From positions 160,001-224,000 of the forward strand of contig JAVRCJ020000002.1 in the NCBI GenBank assembly GCA_034530875.2: 64,000 nucleotides of DNA. Reading direction: 5' to 3'. Of this stretch, positions 9,948 to 18,880 are shown one piece after another. Made by a program: the position numbers and the translations under genes. How positions within the stretch are numbered: the first letter of the stretch is position 1; each line of letters opens with the position of its first letter. The notes beneath the pieces are model-generated. The model searched no databases. It saw only the letters and a program-made list of their open reading frames with translations, and was not told where the DNA came from. This DNA comes from Nostoc sp. DedSLP01 (GTDB lineage Bacteria > Cyanobacteriota > Cyanobacteriia > Cyanobacteriales > Nostocaceae).

Positions 9948-12896
9948 TTAGGAATCATTACCAGCTAAGGGCAAAACTAAACGGCTAACTACTCGATTAT
10001 CAGGTAACTGATAGAAATTCAGTTCTCCTCCTAGTTCCTGCATGAGATTTTGGCAAATTACCAGGTGCAAACCTGGTGGTTTGTTCAGGTTAGAGGAAGC
10101 AAGGACATCTTTGAATGTCTTTTTTTCTAAGTCTGTCAGTAGTTGTGATTCGATCGCACCATTGTGTGTAATTGATAATTCTAAGGATGCCTGAGGAGTA
10201 GGTGCTACCCTCACACCACTATCTTGTCCGAACTGGGATATATTTCTCTTGGTATCTGCGGATTTATAGTCACTTAAACGACGACACCATATATCAATTC
10301 TGCCGCCACTGGGAGAACGGTTACAAGCATTAACTAATAATTCGTGAATCACTAATTCAATTTTCATAATATCGCCGACGATCGCCATTCCAGATTGAGG
10401 GTTAGAGCCAGGAACAGCTCTTGGTAATAAACCGCTTTTTGGTGACTGTCCATCCTCAATCGGTTGCCCCAAACCGTGTACGCCAATCCACAGCTTTTGT
10501 TGTTTGACTAAATTATCGATGCGTTCGAGCGATCGCTTTAATAAACTAGCTATGGGCATAGTTTCCCAGCTTTTGTGCAGCTGCCACTGTTCTAGTTTGA
10601 CTAATCCACTCATGGAAGTCGCTGCATGGTCTAACTGTCGTAGCAATAGCTGGTAGCGCATCTGAGTTAGTTCGTTTGCAGGAATACCTAAATCTCGTAT
10701 TTGGCTCAAAGACAGTGCTGTTATTCTTTGGATTTCCTCTAGGCGTCGATGTTTGTACCAGTTGAGCTGTCGTAATTCCTCGGTTGTCGATTCTAAGAGC
10801 TGGTTAATTTGCTTTTGACGACGCCACCAAGCTAATTGAGAAATTAGAATTGCTGTGGTGTTCTGACCTTGTTCTGTCCAGGGGCGATCCTGAGTGTCTG
10901 CTAATAAAACTACACTTGTAATTTCATGCACGGTATTAGTACGCAATGCCATGATAAAAATTTGCCCTTTATCTGGAGTATTGAACCATTTACGCGTTTC
11001 GGGCGGTAAATCGTCAACTTTCAAAATCAGGTAGCCTTCTGTATCCAATGCCCATTGAATTAGCGCTTCTGTTTGGATACAAATCGATGCATCGGCAAAA
11101 ATCCCAAATTGGCTGCTGGTAGTTACCCCAGGTATAATTTCTGCCCACCGATCGCCAGGCGACCAGGAAAATAAGACCGCTAGCGGACAGCCTAGAATCG
11201 CCGCTATTTGTTCGAGTGCCGTACATTCTAGTTCCTTTTTTTCTGGCTCAATTTTGCTGTTTTCCGATTCTGCCAGAATTTGCAGGCATCGCTCAAATGC
11301 CTGGGAAATTTTTTGTTGGTGCTGGGTGCGAGCGTGTAACTGCCACTGACGAACAATTACACCAATTTGTTGGCTGACAGCCCAGAGTAATTCTTTTTCT
11401 AAAGTTGTCCAAGTCCGATGAGTTTCGTGAGCGATGACCAAAATTGCTGGTGGTATGTGACCGTGAAGGCATTTACAAATCAGTAGCGATCGCATCCCAT
11501 TTTCTAACAAGAAGGGACGCCAATTAAAAAAGCGTAAATCTTCATCTAAGTTCTCAATTTCCACCGCTTGAGTTGAATTTTGTAAAAGTTGTCCATCTAA
11601 TTCTTTAAGGGTATCGAGGGCAAATTTTAACGCTCGGCGATTATGCGGCTGACTTTGATAAATAAATTGATAGTTATTGTGTTCTGCATCGTACTGCAAT
11701 AGCAAAAAGCGAGTAGCAGTAAATCGAGCTAAAACTCTTTTCGCACAATTTTGTAAGGTTTCTTGAAGTTCGTGTTCGCTAAAAATACCTTGGGCAATCT
11801 GGCTAGTTAATTGGGCATCTTCTTGAATTTGTTTGATTGTACTTTCGCTGTTTTCATTGGGAGCAACTAAAGAAATTAAGCCAGCAGCACCTTGGACAAA
11901 ATTTTTATCTGTCTCTGTCCAGATTCGAGGTTCGTTACTTTCCACCGCTATAAAACCGAGCAAATTTTTTTGCCAAGTAATCGGAGCTGCTAAAATCGAT
12001 CGCACCTTCAAACGTTGCAACAATTTTGCCGTAAAATGGCTTTTTAAAGAACTGCGGGCATCACCAATGGAAACAATTTGGTTGACTGACAAAGCATAAT
12101 AAAAATCGCTCAACTCCTGCACAGTCATTCCCGCTGCTGCCTCAGTCGTCGAATTAGGATCGATTTTCACTAGTTGATTGCTCATCCGGCACCAAAAATA
12201 TCGCCCTTCGCGCTCAAACCAGTAGATATTAGTTCGGTTGGGAGAAACAAATTTATGGGTTGCTTGGACTGCTGCTTCCAGTCTTTGATTCAAGTTACTC
12301 AGATTGCGTACATTTTCTAGCAATTCTAATAATGGCTCGTCGATTCGCCTGCTTTGCTTTTGCTGTAAATGTATTTCATGTTGATAAAGGACTGCCCCCA
12401 GTTGACCTAAAACCATCATCAACCGAGCTTTTGCTTCTCCTGTTAGTAGATAACCCCAGCGTTCTGAACCTAATAACAGCAAACCTAAACAGCGGTCTTT
12501 ATAGCGAATTGGGATCGCAATTGTCCCTTGGACTTGGAATTTTTCTGCAACTTTTCGCCATTCACCTGCACGGGTTTCAGCTCGTAAATCAGCAACGCCT
12601 AAGGGATGTTGTTCAATTACTACTTGCTCTAATAAATCGCCAGGGTTAATAACAACTTTTTGGTATAAAAGGCTTCTATCTTTTTGAGGAATGATACCAC
12701 CTTTACCCGACAATACGTGATTTAGGCGATCGTAAAGAGCAATCCAAACCAGTTTGTAGTCAAACTGTTCTTCGAGATAAGAAATAATAATTTGAATCAG
12801 AACATCAACATCATCTTCTTCCCTAAGGCTCTGGAGGACACGCCCCAATGAAAGGATCTGCTGTTCAGCGGCTATAGTTTTTTGCGGCTGCCCCAT
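9948..12896 (-). CDS. Multi-GAF protein with degenerate histidine-kinase-like ATPase domain
   Basis: Tandem GAF domains; C-terminus has HELLVNAC, SITHNG and GLHLVICQ resembling eroded N/G boxes; no clear H-box. Confidence 0.8.
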   Translation of the reverse strand: MGQPQKTIAAEQQILSLGRVLQSLREEDDVDVLIQIIISYLEEQFDYKLVWIALYDRLNHVLSGKGGIIPQKDRSLLYQKVVINPGDLLEQVVIEQHPLGVADLRAETRAGEWRKVAEKFQVQGTIAIPIRYKDRCLGLLLLGSERWGYLLTGEAKARLMMVLGQLGAVLYQHEIHLQQKQSRRIDEPLLELLENVRNLSNLNQRLEAAVQATHKFVSPNRTNIYWFEREGRYFWCRMSNQLVKIDPNSTTEAAAGMTVQELSDFYYALSVNQIVSIGDARSSLKSHFTAKLLQRLKVRSILAAPITWQKNLLGFIAVESNEPRIWTETDKNFVQGAAGLISLVAPNENSESTIKQIQEDAQLTSQIAQGIFSEHELQETLQNCAKRVLARFTATRFLLLQYDAEHNNYQFIYQSQPHNRRALKFALDTLKELDGQLLQNSTQAVEIENLDEDLRFFNWRPFLLENGMRSLLICKCLHGHIPPAILVIAHETHRTWTTLEKELLWAVSQQIGVIVRQWQLHARTQHQQKISQAFERCLQILAESENSKIEPEKKELECTALEQIAAILGCPLAVLFSWSPGDRWAEIIPGVTTSSQFGIFADASICIQTEALIQWALDTEGYLILKVDDLPPETRKWFNTPDKGQIFIMALRTNTVHEITSVVLLADTQDRPWTEQGQNTTAILISQLAWWRRQKQINQLLESTTEELRQLNWYKHRRLEEIQRITALSLSQIRDLGIPANELTQMRYQLLLRQLDHAATSMSGLVKLEQWQLHKSWETMPIASLLKRSLERIDNLVKQQKLWIGVHGLGQPIEDGQSPKSGLLPRAVPGSNPQSGMAIVGDIMKIELVIHELLVNACNRSPSGGRIDIWCRRLSDYKSADTKRNISQFGQDSGVRVAPTPQASLELSITHNGAIESQLLTDLEKKTFKDVLASSNLNKPPGLHLVICQNLMQELGGELNFYQLPDNRVVSRLVLPLAGNDS

Positions 12897-13042
12897 CTGA
12901 TTTATCGTTTTACATAACTTGTAATATATAAGATGCCCAGAAACAGACTCTGAATAATATTGCCGCAGGTATTAAAACAGTAAATAGTAATTAACAAAAC
13001 AGCTATTAACAGGTCAATAGTAAAATACAATAGGGTTTTAAC

Positions 13043-14005
13043 ATGAAAGAACGTAACTTTCGTACTATTAAGACCAACGGCGTTAATCTGAGGACAGTTG
13101 TCGAGGGTCAAGGGCCTCTGCTAATTTTGCTTCACGGTTGGCCTCAATGTTGGTATCTGTGGCGTCACCAAATCGACCCGCTTGTGGAAGCAGGTTTCCA
13201 GGTAGCTGTTCCCGACCAACGAGGTTACGGTGGTAGCGATGCCCCAGAAGACGTAAATGCTTATGACATTATCCATTTGACTGGGGATGTTGTTGGTATT
13301 GCTGATGCCCTTGGTCGTGAAACCTTCACAGTTATCGGTCATGATTGGGGTACAATTGTAGCCTGGAACACAGCACTGCTTTATGAAGAACGAGTAAATG
13401 CTGTTGTTGGTATGAGCGTCCCCTACTCTCGTTACCCAGTCGGACTATTAACAAAGCAAGAGAATTTTGGAGATAATTTTTGGTACACAGTCTATTTCCA
13501 AAAGCCTGGAGTTGCGGAAGCTGAATTGGAAGCCGATATAGCCCGTTCTTTGCGGATGATTTACTCTATTGGTAAGGGTTCCAACGCTGAGGGAATTTTC
13601 TCTAAACCTAAACCATCAACATCTGGTTTTCTAGACGGGTTAATCGATCCTGAGGAGCCGCCCTTGGGGTTAACTCAAGAGGATCTAGATTATTATGTAG
13701 AGCAGTATCAACGCATTGGCTTTCATGGGGGGATAAATTGGTATCGCAATATTGACCGGAACATAGAAATTACCCCTCAACTGCAAGACAAAAAGATATC
13801 CCAAACAGCATTGTTCATTGCTGGTGAAAAAGATCCAGTGCTCAATTTTCCTGGCATGAAACTTGATGACATGAGTAAGTGGTTTTTGAACTTGAAAGAA
13901 CAAGTTATCATTCCTGATGTCGGTCACTGGGTAAGCGTAGAATCTCCCGAAGTAGTTAATCAAGCGTTGCTTAAATTCTTAAAAGGTTTGGGTTCTCAAA
14001 ATTAA
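13043..14005 (+). CDS. Alpha/beta hydrolase, epoxide hydrolase-like
   Basis: HGWP oxyanion motif, DQRGYGGSD, GHDWG nucleophile elbow, GHW. Confidence 0.9.
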   Translation: MKERNFRTIKTNGVNLRTVVEGQGPLLILLHGWPQCWYLWRHQIDPLVEAGFQVAVPDQRGYGGSDAPEDVNAYDIIHLTGDVVGIADALGRETFTVIGHDWGTIVAWNTALLYEERVNAVVGMSVPYSRYPVGLLTKQENFGDNFWYTVYFQKPGVAEAELEADIARSLRMIYSIGKGSNAEGIFSKPKPSTSGFLDGLIDPEEPPLGLTQEDLDYYVEQYQRIGFHGGINWYRNIDRNIEITPQLQDKKISQTALFIAGEKDPVLNFPGMKLDDMSKWFLNLKEQVIIPDVGHWVSVESPEVVNQALLKFLKGLGSQN

Positions 14006-14062
14006 CTTCTCTAAACCCGTAACTAACTCCAACCAAATTGCTGATTTAGCTAGTGAAGACGC

Positions 14063-14177
14063 GACGCCAGTCGCTACAACGGGGAGCCACTGCGTTGGAC
14101 GGGTTTCCCGGCTTGTTCGCCCTTGGCGTTCCCGAAGGGTAGCAAGTGGCGTGGGAACCCCCGCAATGCGCTGGCTC
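14063..14177. repeat. Composite small dispersed repeat element, related to 61532-61622
   Basis: Shares GACGCCAGTCGC, AGCCACTGCGTTGGACGGGTTTCCCGGCTTG, GCAAGTGGCG and GCGCTGGCTC with the copy at 61.5 kb. Confidence 0.75.
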
Positions 14178-14279
14178 ATGAATCGCGTCTCTACAAGATG
14201 ATTTGTTGCATTGTTTTTTTAATTGGTATAAATTCTGAATTCTGACTTCTGAATTCTGAATTCTCTTTACAAAAAGCTA

Positions 14280-15422
14280 ATGGATATTTATCAAGTTGCA
14301 ATTCGTCCACTGTTGTTCAATCTGGTAAAAGCAGACTCAGAGTGGTTACACCAAAAGACAATTAGCAGTTTTAATTGGCTATCACAAGCAGGTAGCAATC
14401 CTGCTGCTAGTTGGGTTAATCATCGGCTACAAAAATCTTTGTGCTTGGATGATTCACGTCTAGAACAAAATTTGTTTGGGCTAAAGTTCCCAAATCCCGT
14501 AGGTTTAGCTGCTGGGTTCGACAAAGATGGCGTTGCTGCTAACATTTGGCCAAGTTTGGGTTTTGGCTTTGCGGAATTGGGAACTGTAACTTTTCACGCA
14601 CAGCCAGGAAATCCGCGTCCGCGTTTGTTTCGCTTGCCATTGGATAAAGCTGCTCTCAATCGGATGGGATTTAATAATAGTGGTGCAGCAGCAATGGCAG
14701 CAAGATTGGCACCAAAAAAGCAGGAGTTAACTCGTTCAATACCCATAGGAATAAATTTGGGTAAATCTAAGGTAACTCCTCTAGAAGCAGCCGCACAGGA
14801 TTATCTTGAGAGTTTTCGCCTGCTTAAGGATTTGGGAGATTATTTTGTTGTTAATGTCTCTTCGCCAAATACGCCAGGGCTACGATCGCTCCAAGATGCT
14901 ACCATGCTCAGTGCCATCTTAGAGTTATTACAACAAGAAAACACTGCACAAAAACCAATTTTTGTCAAGATAGCACCAGATTTGTCTTATGAAGCGATCT
15001 CTGACATTATTTCGCTAGCTAAAACCTACCAACTAGCGGGAATTATCGCCACTAACACTACTATTAGTCGTGACGGACTCAAAACCCAAATAATAGAGCA
15101 AACTGGCAAATCACCACAGTTAGAAGCTGGCGGAATTAGCGGCGAACCATTGCGCGATCGCTCCACTGAAGTAATTCGTTTTATTTGGCGGCAAACTCAA
15201 GGACAAATTCCCATTATCGGCGTTGGCGGCATTTTTTCTTCACAAGATGCTTGGGAAAAAATTATTGCTGGTGCTAGCTTGATTCAGGTTTATACCGGCT
15301 GGATTTATGAAGGCCCAATGATGGTACGCCGGATTCTTAAAGGTTTGCTTTCCCATTTAGAAGCAAGCGGATTAAATTCCATCAGCGAAGCTGTTGGTTT
15401 AGAAGTAAAAAGTCAAAAGTAA
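14280..15422 (+). CDS. pyrD: Quinone-dependent dihydroorotate dehydrogenase (class 2)
   Basis: [34 protein letters not shown] and GGISG motifs. Confidence 0.96.
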   Translation: MDIYQVAIRPLLFNLVKADSEWLHQKTISSFNWLSQAGSNPAASWVNHRLQKSLCLDDSRLEQNLFGLKFPNPVGLAAGFDKDGVAANIWPSLGFGFAELGTVTFHAQPGNPRPRLFRLPLDKAALNRMGFNNSGAAAMAARLAPKKQELTRSIPIGINLGKSKVTPLEAAAQDYLESFRLLKDLGDYFVVNVSSPNTPGLRSLQDATMLSAILELLQQENTAQKPIFVKIAPDLSYEAISDIISLAKTYQLAGIIATNTTISRDGLKTQIIEQTGKSPQLEAGGISGEPLRDRSTEVIRFIWRQTQGQIPIIGVGGIFSSQDAWEKIIAGASLIQVYTGWIYEGPMMVRRILKGLLSHLEASGLNSISEAVGLEVKSQK

Positions 15423-15458
15423 AGCTTTGAAGTTCTTTACTTTTGCCTTGTATCCTGA

Positions 15459-16184
15459 TTATTCTTCCAGTGGGAAAAATTCTTTAGTTTTTTCCGAGTA
15501 TGACCAAGCAATACCATCGGGGTCTCTGCTGCGACTCCACTCTGGAAATTCTGGGTCATTGCGTCGTTTATAAACTGTACTGGAATAAACATTTAGCCGC
15601 TTGGCTAGTTCGGATTGAATTAGAGAGCCAAATACTAATTGTTTTTCTAGCGTTTTTGTAGTTTCGTTATGGGTTGGTTCTGGGAGCGATTCAGTTTCCT
15701 CGTCGGGTTCTTCCTCCTGTTCTATTGATGGTGGTGCTAAAAACGATAGCGGAGTTTTAGAAATTGGTTGAGCTGAAAGTTGCTTGACAGGTTCGCTACT
15801 ATCAAGAATGTTGCCCAGAATGCTGGCAGTTATGAAGTAATAGTACGGAGTTTCGCTGTCATAATTTAGGATACTAGCGCCAAATTCTTGAGCTTTGGTA
15901 TCTAAGTAGCGTTTTGCAGTTGCTCCGGGAAAATTGCCTCGGATTGCCAAATCCATTGGCGTCAGTTTTCCCTGATTTTCCCGAACTAATTGATGAAAAA
16001 TGGGGTTAACTCGCACAGTCCACTGTTGCCATTGATATTCCTGCCAAATCTTGAAGGCAATTACCAGCACAATTCCTGCCAGTAAAATTCTCCACGTGGC
16101 AACCAGGAAAATAATCAAAAACGAGAGGGGCAAAAGTATAACGAGAAAAGCCTTACCGTTACCTTCTATGGTTTGTTCACTCAT
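15459..16184 (-). CDS. Hypothetical membrane-anchored protein
   Basis: 241-aa ORF with two N-terminal hydrophobic segments and a C-terminal HTH-like segment (QSELAKRLNVYSSTV). Confidence 0.75.
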   Translation of the reverse strand: MSEQTIEGNGKAFLVILLPLSFLIIFLVATWRILLAGIVLVIAFKIWQEYQWQQWTVRVNPIFHQLVRENQGKLTPMDLAIRGNFPGATAKRYLDTKAQEFGASILNYDSETPYYYFITASILGNILDSSEPVKQLSAQPISKTPLSFLAPPSIEQEEEPDEETESLPEPTHNETTKTLEKQLVFGSLIQSELAKRLNVYSSTVYKRRNDPEFPEWSRSRDPDGIAWSYSEKTKEFFPLEE

Positions 16185-16371
16185 GCCTCATTTTTGCCAA
16201 GTGAATTTTGGAAAATAATTACTATTATATTGGCAAAAATTTGGACATTTTTTGTATAGTTTGGCAAATTTTCCGGCAAAAATGTTTTTTGGTGGGTCTA
16301 AGAGATTGGAAAATCGTACAAATTGAAGACTATAACTGAGAAATCTCGCAAAAATTGTTTGCTAAAGTGTA

Positions 16372-16400
16372 GCGATGCCTGCGGCGAGCTACACCTACGC
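16372..16400. repeat. SDR5-like 21-nt element inserted in a HIP1 site
   Basis: GCGAT-[GCCTGCGGCGAGCTACACCTA]-CGC splits GCGATCGC. Confidence 0.65.
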
Positions 16401-16441
16401 ACCCGACCAAAGTAGTACAAATAAATTAGTTTGTGAAACAC

Positions 16442-16470
16442 TTGACATCTTGTACTACATAAACTACATT
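16442..16470 (+). promoter_or_regulatory. Sigma70-type promoter for the Y-RNA/Ro60 cluster
   Basis: TTGACA (16442-16447), 17-bp spacer, TACATT (16465-16470). Confidence 0.65.
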
Positions 16471-16512
16471 AATAATACAAGCAGATGTTCATCAAGGAGT
16501 TAGCTTTCCTTA

Positions 16513-16656
16513 GTAGCGGATAGCTCAAATAACAGAGTGCCCACATAAAGTTTCCAACTTGCCTGTAAAGGCCGATATATCGAGGGTTATCGCATACTAA
16601 AACCCCCTCGATTTAACTTCTGGAGATGCAGGTGAAAATCCTGCTCCGCTACACCA
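16513..16656 (+). ncRNA. tRNA-like Y RNA candidate 1
   Basis: 8-bp acceptor stem GTAGCGGA/TCCGCTAC plus ACCA, D stem GCTC/GAGT, T arm GCAGG-TGAAAAT-CCTGC; anticodon arm replaced by an insert containing CTTGCCT-GTAA-AGGCCGA; adjacent to TROVE gene. Confidence 0.8.
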
Positions 16657-16715
16657 AATAATTTTAGATTTAATCCAAAATCTAAAATTTAAAATCTAAA
16701 ATCCAAAATTTTCAT

Positions 16716-16845
16716 GTGGTGGATAGCTCAGCGGATAGAGCGCCTAAATATCCTTGTTCGCTCCTTGCCTGCAAAGGCCGAAGAATTGAGGGTTATCGCC
16801 TGCCAAGCGGGAGGTCGCAGGTTCAAATCCTGCTCCACTACACCA
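16716..16845 (+). ncRNA. tRNA-like Y RNA candidate 2
   Basis: GTGGTGGA/TCCACTAC plus ACCA, TAGCTCAGCGGATAGAGC D arm, GCAGG-TTCAAAT-CCTGC T arm; insert with CTTGCCT-GCAA-AGGCCGA. Confidence 0.85.
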
Positions 16846-16857
16846 AATTGAGCAAAG

Positions 16858-16950
16858 TAGTTAGGAGTGAAGAGTTAGGAGTTGAAAGTTTTCAATTCAA
16901 AAATTTTTAACTCAAAACTCATAATTCCTAACTTCTAACTCCTAACTTTA
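16858..16950. repeat. STRR heptamer inverted array spacing the tRNA-like genes
   Basis: TTAGGAG repeats followed by complementary CTCCTAA/TTCTAAC repeats; a similar AT-rich heptamer spacer lies at 16660-16712. Confidence 0.7.
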
Positions 16951-16954
16951 ATAT

Positions 16955-17078
16955 GTGGCGGGTAGCTCAGCGGTAGAGCGCTAAACACCCTTGTTCACCC
17001 CTTGCCTGTAAAGGCCGACGAATTAGGGTTATCGATTAGGGTTCGAGAGGTCGCAGGTTCAATTCCTGCTCCGCCACC
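16955..17078 (+). ncRNA. tRNA-like Y RNA candidate 3
   Basis: GTGGCGGG/TCCGCCAC acceptor stem (no encoded CCA), TAGCTCAGCGGTAGAGC D arm, GCAGG-TTCAATT-CCTGC T arm; insert with CTTGCCT-GTAA-AGGCCGA. Confidence 0.85.
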
Positions 17079-17086
17079 TTTCATTT

Positions 17087-17106
17087 TTGCCTGCAAAGGC
17101 CGGGAG
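17087..17106 (+). promoter_or_regulatory. Stand-alone Ro-binding-type hairpin overlapping the Ro60 Shine-Dalgarno
   Basis: TTGCCT-GCAA-AGGCCGG, matching the Y RNA module, overlaps GGGAG (17102-17106), which lies 8 nt before ATG 17115. Confidence 0.7.
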
Positions 17107-17114
17107 ATGAAGAG

Positions 17115-18716
17115 ATGAATTACAATTTCTTTACTAAAAAGAAAACAACTACACCACAAAATCAGCCTATCCCCGGACGCGAAGCCGAGATGATTCAAGG
17201 ACGTTCCGGTGGTTGGATGTTTGATGCTGGCATTTGGAAGATGCTGCGCCGTTGTCTTTTGATTGGCACGGCAAAAAGCACTTACTATGCTGGCAAACAC
17301 GAATTAACTGAAGATTTTGTCGCAGTAGTTAAAGAAGCTGTTGCTGAAAATCCCAGTCGCGTGGCAGAAGAAATTCTTTATGCTAGCGATGGACGCGCCA
17401 TTAATAACAGTGCGCCGATTTTGGCTTTAGTTTTGCTGTCAATGGGTGAAACGCCAGAAGCAAAAAAAGCCTTTGGTGAAATTTTCCCCCAAGTTGTCCG
17501 CACAGGTAGCCATTTTTATGAATGGTTAAACTACACCAAATCTCTGCGGGGATTTGGCAAGGTGGTGCGCGAAGCTGGTAAAACTTGGCTATCACGAGAA
17601 GATGTCAAAGGTTTAGCTTATCAACTGTTGAAATATCAACAGCGCCAAGGATTTACCCACCGGGATGCATTGCGGTTGTTCCATGTCAAACCGCCTACAG
17701 AAAATCACCGTCAACTATTTGAGTGGGTTGTGAGAGGCTGGGATGAATTACCAGCAGACATCCCTTCAGAAGCGTTGGCGCAGATTTGGTGGTATGAATG
17801 GCTCAAGCGGAACCCTAACCAAACCCATGAAGCTATTTTGCAAGGACGCCTAACTCACGAAATGGCTGCACCTGTGGGCAAAATGGACAAAGCTGCTTGG
17901 CAGTTGCTATTTCAGGAAATGCCGATAGGTGCGATGCTGCGTAACCTGGGTTCTTTGACTGAACTCGGTGTGTTGCGAACTGACGAGGGCGCCAACTTGC
18001 AGCGAGTGGAAGCAGTTCTCAACAATAAAGAATATCTGCGTAAAGGTCGCATCCATCCGATTGATGTTTTGAAAGCACTCAAAACTTATCAATCTGGTGG
18101 TAGATTAGGACGCAGCCAGAAGACTTGGAACCCAGTTTCGCGGATTGTGGACATTTTAGAAAAGGCAGTTGAATTGTCTTTTGATGTGGTGCAACCCACA
18201 GGTAAAGTGTTTATGCACGCCGTAGACGTTTCTGGTTCTATGGGTAGCTTGGTTGCAGATATGGGACTGAGTTGTTGTGAAATTGCCACCACAATGGCAC
18301 TAGTCACAGCAAAAGCAGAGAAAAACTACATAATTCGCGGCTTTGCTACGGAATTTCGAGATTTGGATATCACCGCTAAAGATAGTTTTAGTTCTGCGGT
18401 TCGCAAAGCCAGCAACCAAAACTTCGGCGGAACTGATGCGTCTGTGGCTTACGACTGGATGATTAAAAATAAGTTCAAAGCTGATGTTGTCTGCTTTTGG
18501 ACTGACTCGGAAAGTTGGGCTGGGTATAAGCATCCAAGTCAAGCACTCAAGGAGTACCGCCAAAAGGTAAATCCCAACGTCAAGGCGGTGTATGTTACTC
18601 TGGCACCTTACCGCATTACTTTGGTAGATCCTGAAGATCCGCTGTCTTGGGATTTGGCAGGGTTCGATCCGGGTACGCCTCGGATTATCCAAATGCTAGC
18701 TACTGGTGAGTTATAA
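17115..18716 (+). CDS. rsr: TROVE-domain Ro60 ortholog (Rsr) with C-terminal vWA domain
   Basis: LRRCLLIGT..TYYA, AYQLLKYQQRQGFTHRDALRL.H, MPIGAMLRNLG, RIHPI, vWA MIDAS DVSGSM, GGTD and TDSE. Confidence 0.93.
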   Translation: MNYNFFTKKKTTTPQNQPIPGREAEMIQGRSGGWMFDAGIWKMLRRCLLIGTAKSTYYAGKHELTEDFVAVVKEAVAENPSRVAEEILYASDGRAINNSAPILALVLLSMGETPEAKKAFGEIFPQVVRTGSHFYEWLNYTKSLRGFGKVVREAGKTWLSREDVKGLAYQLLKYQQRQGFTHRDALRLFHVKPPTENHRQLFEWVVRGWDELPADIPSEALAQIWWYEWLKRNPNQTHEAILQGRLTHEMAAPVGKMDKAAWQLLFQEMPIGAMLRNLGSLTELGVLRTDEGANLQRVEAVLNNKEYLRKGRIHPIDVLKALKTYQSGGRLGRSQKTWNPVSRIVDILEKAVELSFDVVQPTGKVFMHAVDVSGSMGSLVADMGLSCCEIATTMALVTAKAEKNYIIRGFATEFRDLDITAKDSFSSAVRKASNQNFGGTDASVAYDWMIKNKFKADVVCFWTDSESWAGYKHPSQALKEYRQKVNPNVKAVYVTLAPYRITLVDPEDPLSWDLAGFDPGTPRIIQMLATGEL

Positions 18717-18765
18717 AAATTAGTGGAGGATAAAGGATGAAAAACTTTATCCTTCATAACTTCAT

Positions 18766-18874
18766 GGCGGGTTACCCTTGTTCGCAACTTGCCTTTCGGG
18801 GACGAAGAATTGAGGGTTATCGGTTACATCTCCAACATTTTGGGGATTAGCGGGTTCAATCCCCGCACCCGCCT
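18766..18874 (+). ncRNA. tRNA-like Y RNA candidate 4 (module in D-arm position)
   Basis: Acceptor GGCGGGT/ACCCGCC, T arm GCGGG-TTCAATC-CCCGC, module CTTGCCT-TTCG-GGGACGA and shared GAGGGTTATCG. Confidence 0.75.
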
Positions 18875-18880
18875 TTGTTT

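Noticed and set aside
16513..17078. Genuine decoding tRNAs, or intron-containing tRNAs
   Set aside because: No canonical anticodon stem-loop could be reconstituted; inserts are far too short for group I introns and carry a conserved Ro-type helix; acceptor stems are 8 bp
16716..17300. ORFs 16716-16910 (+) and 16995-17300 (-)
   Set aside because: They overlap structured RNA genes and the TROVE gene and have no protein-like features
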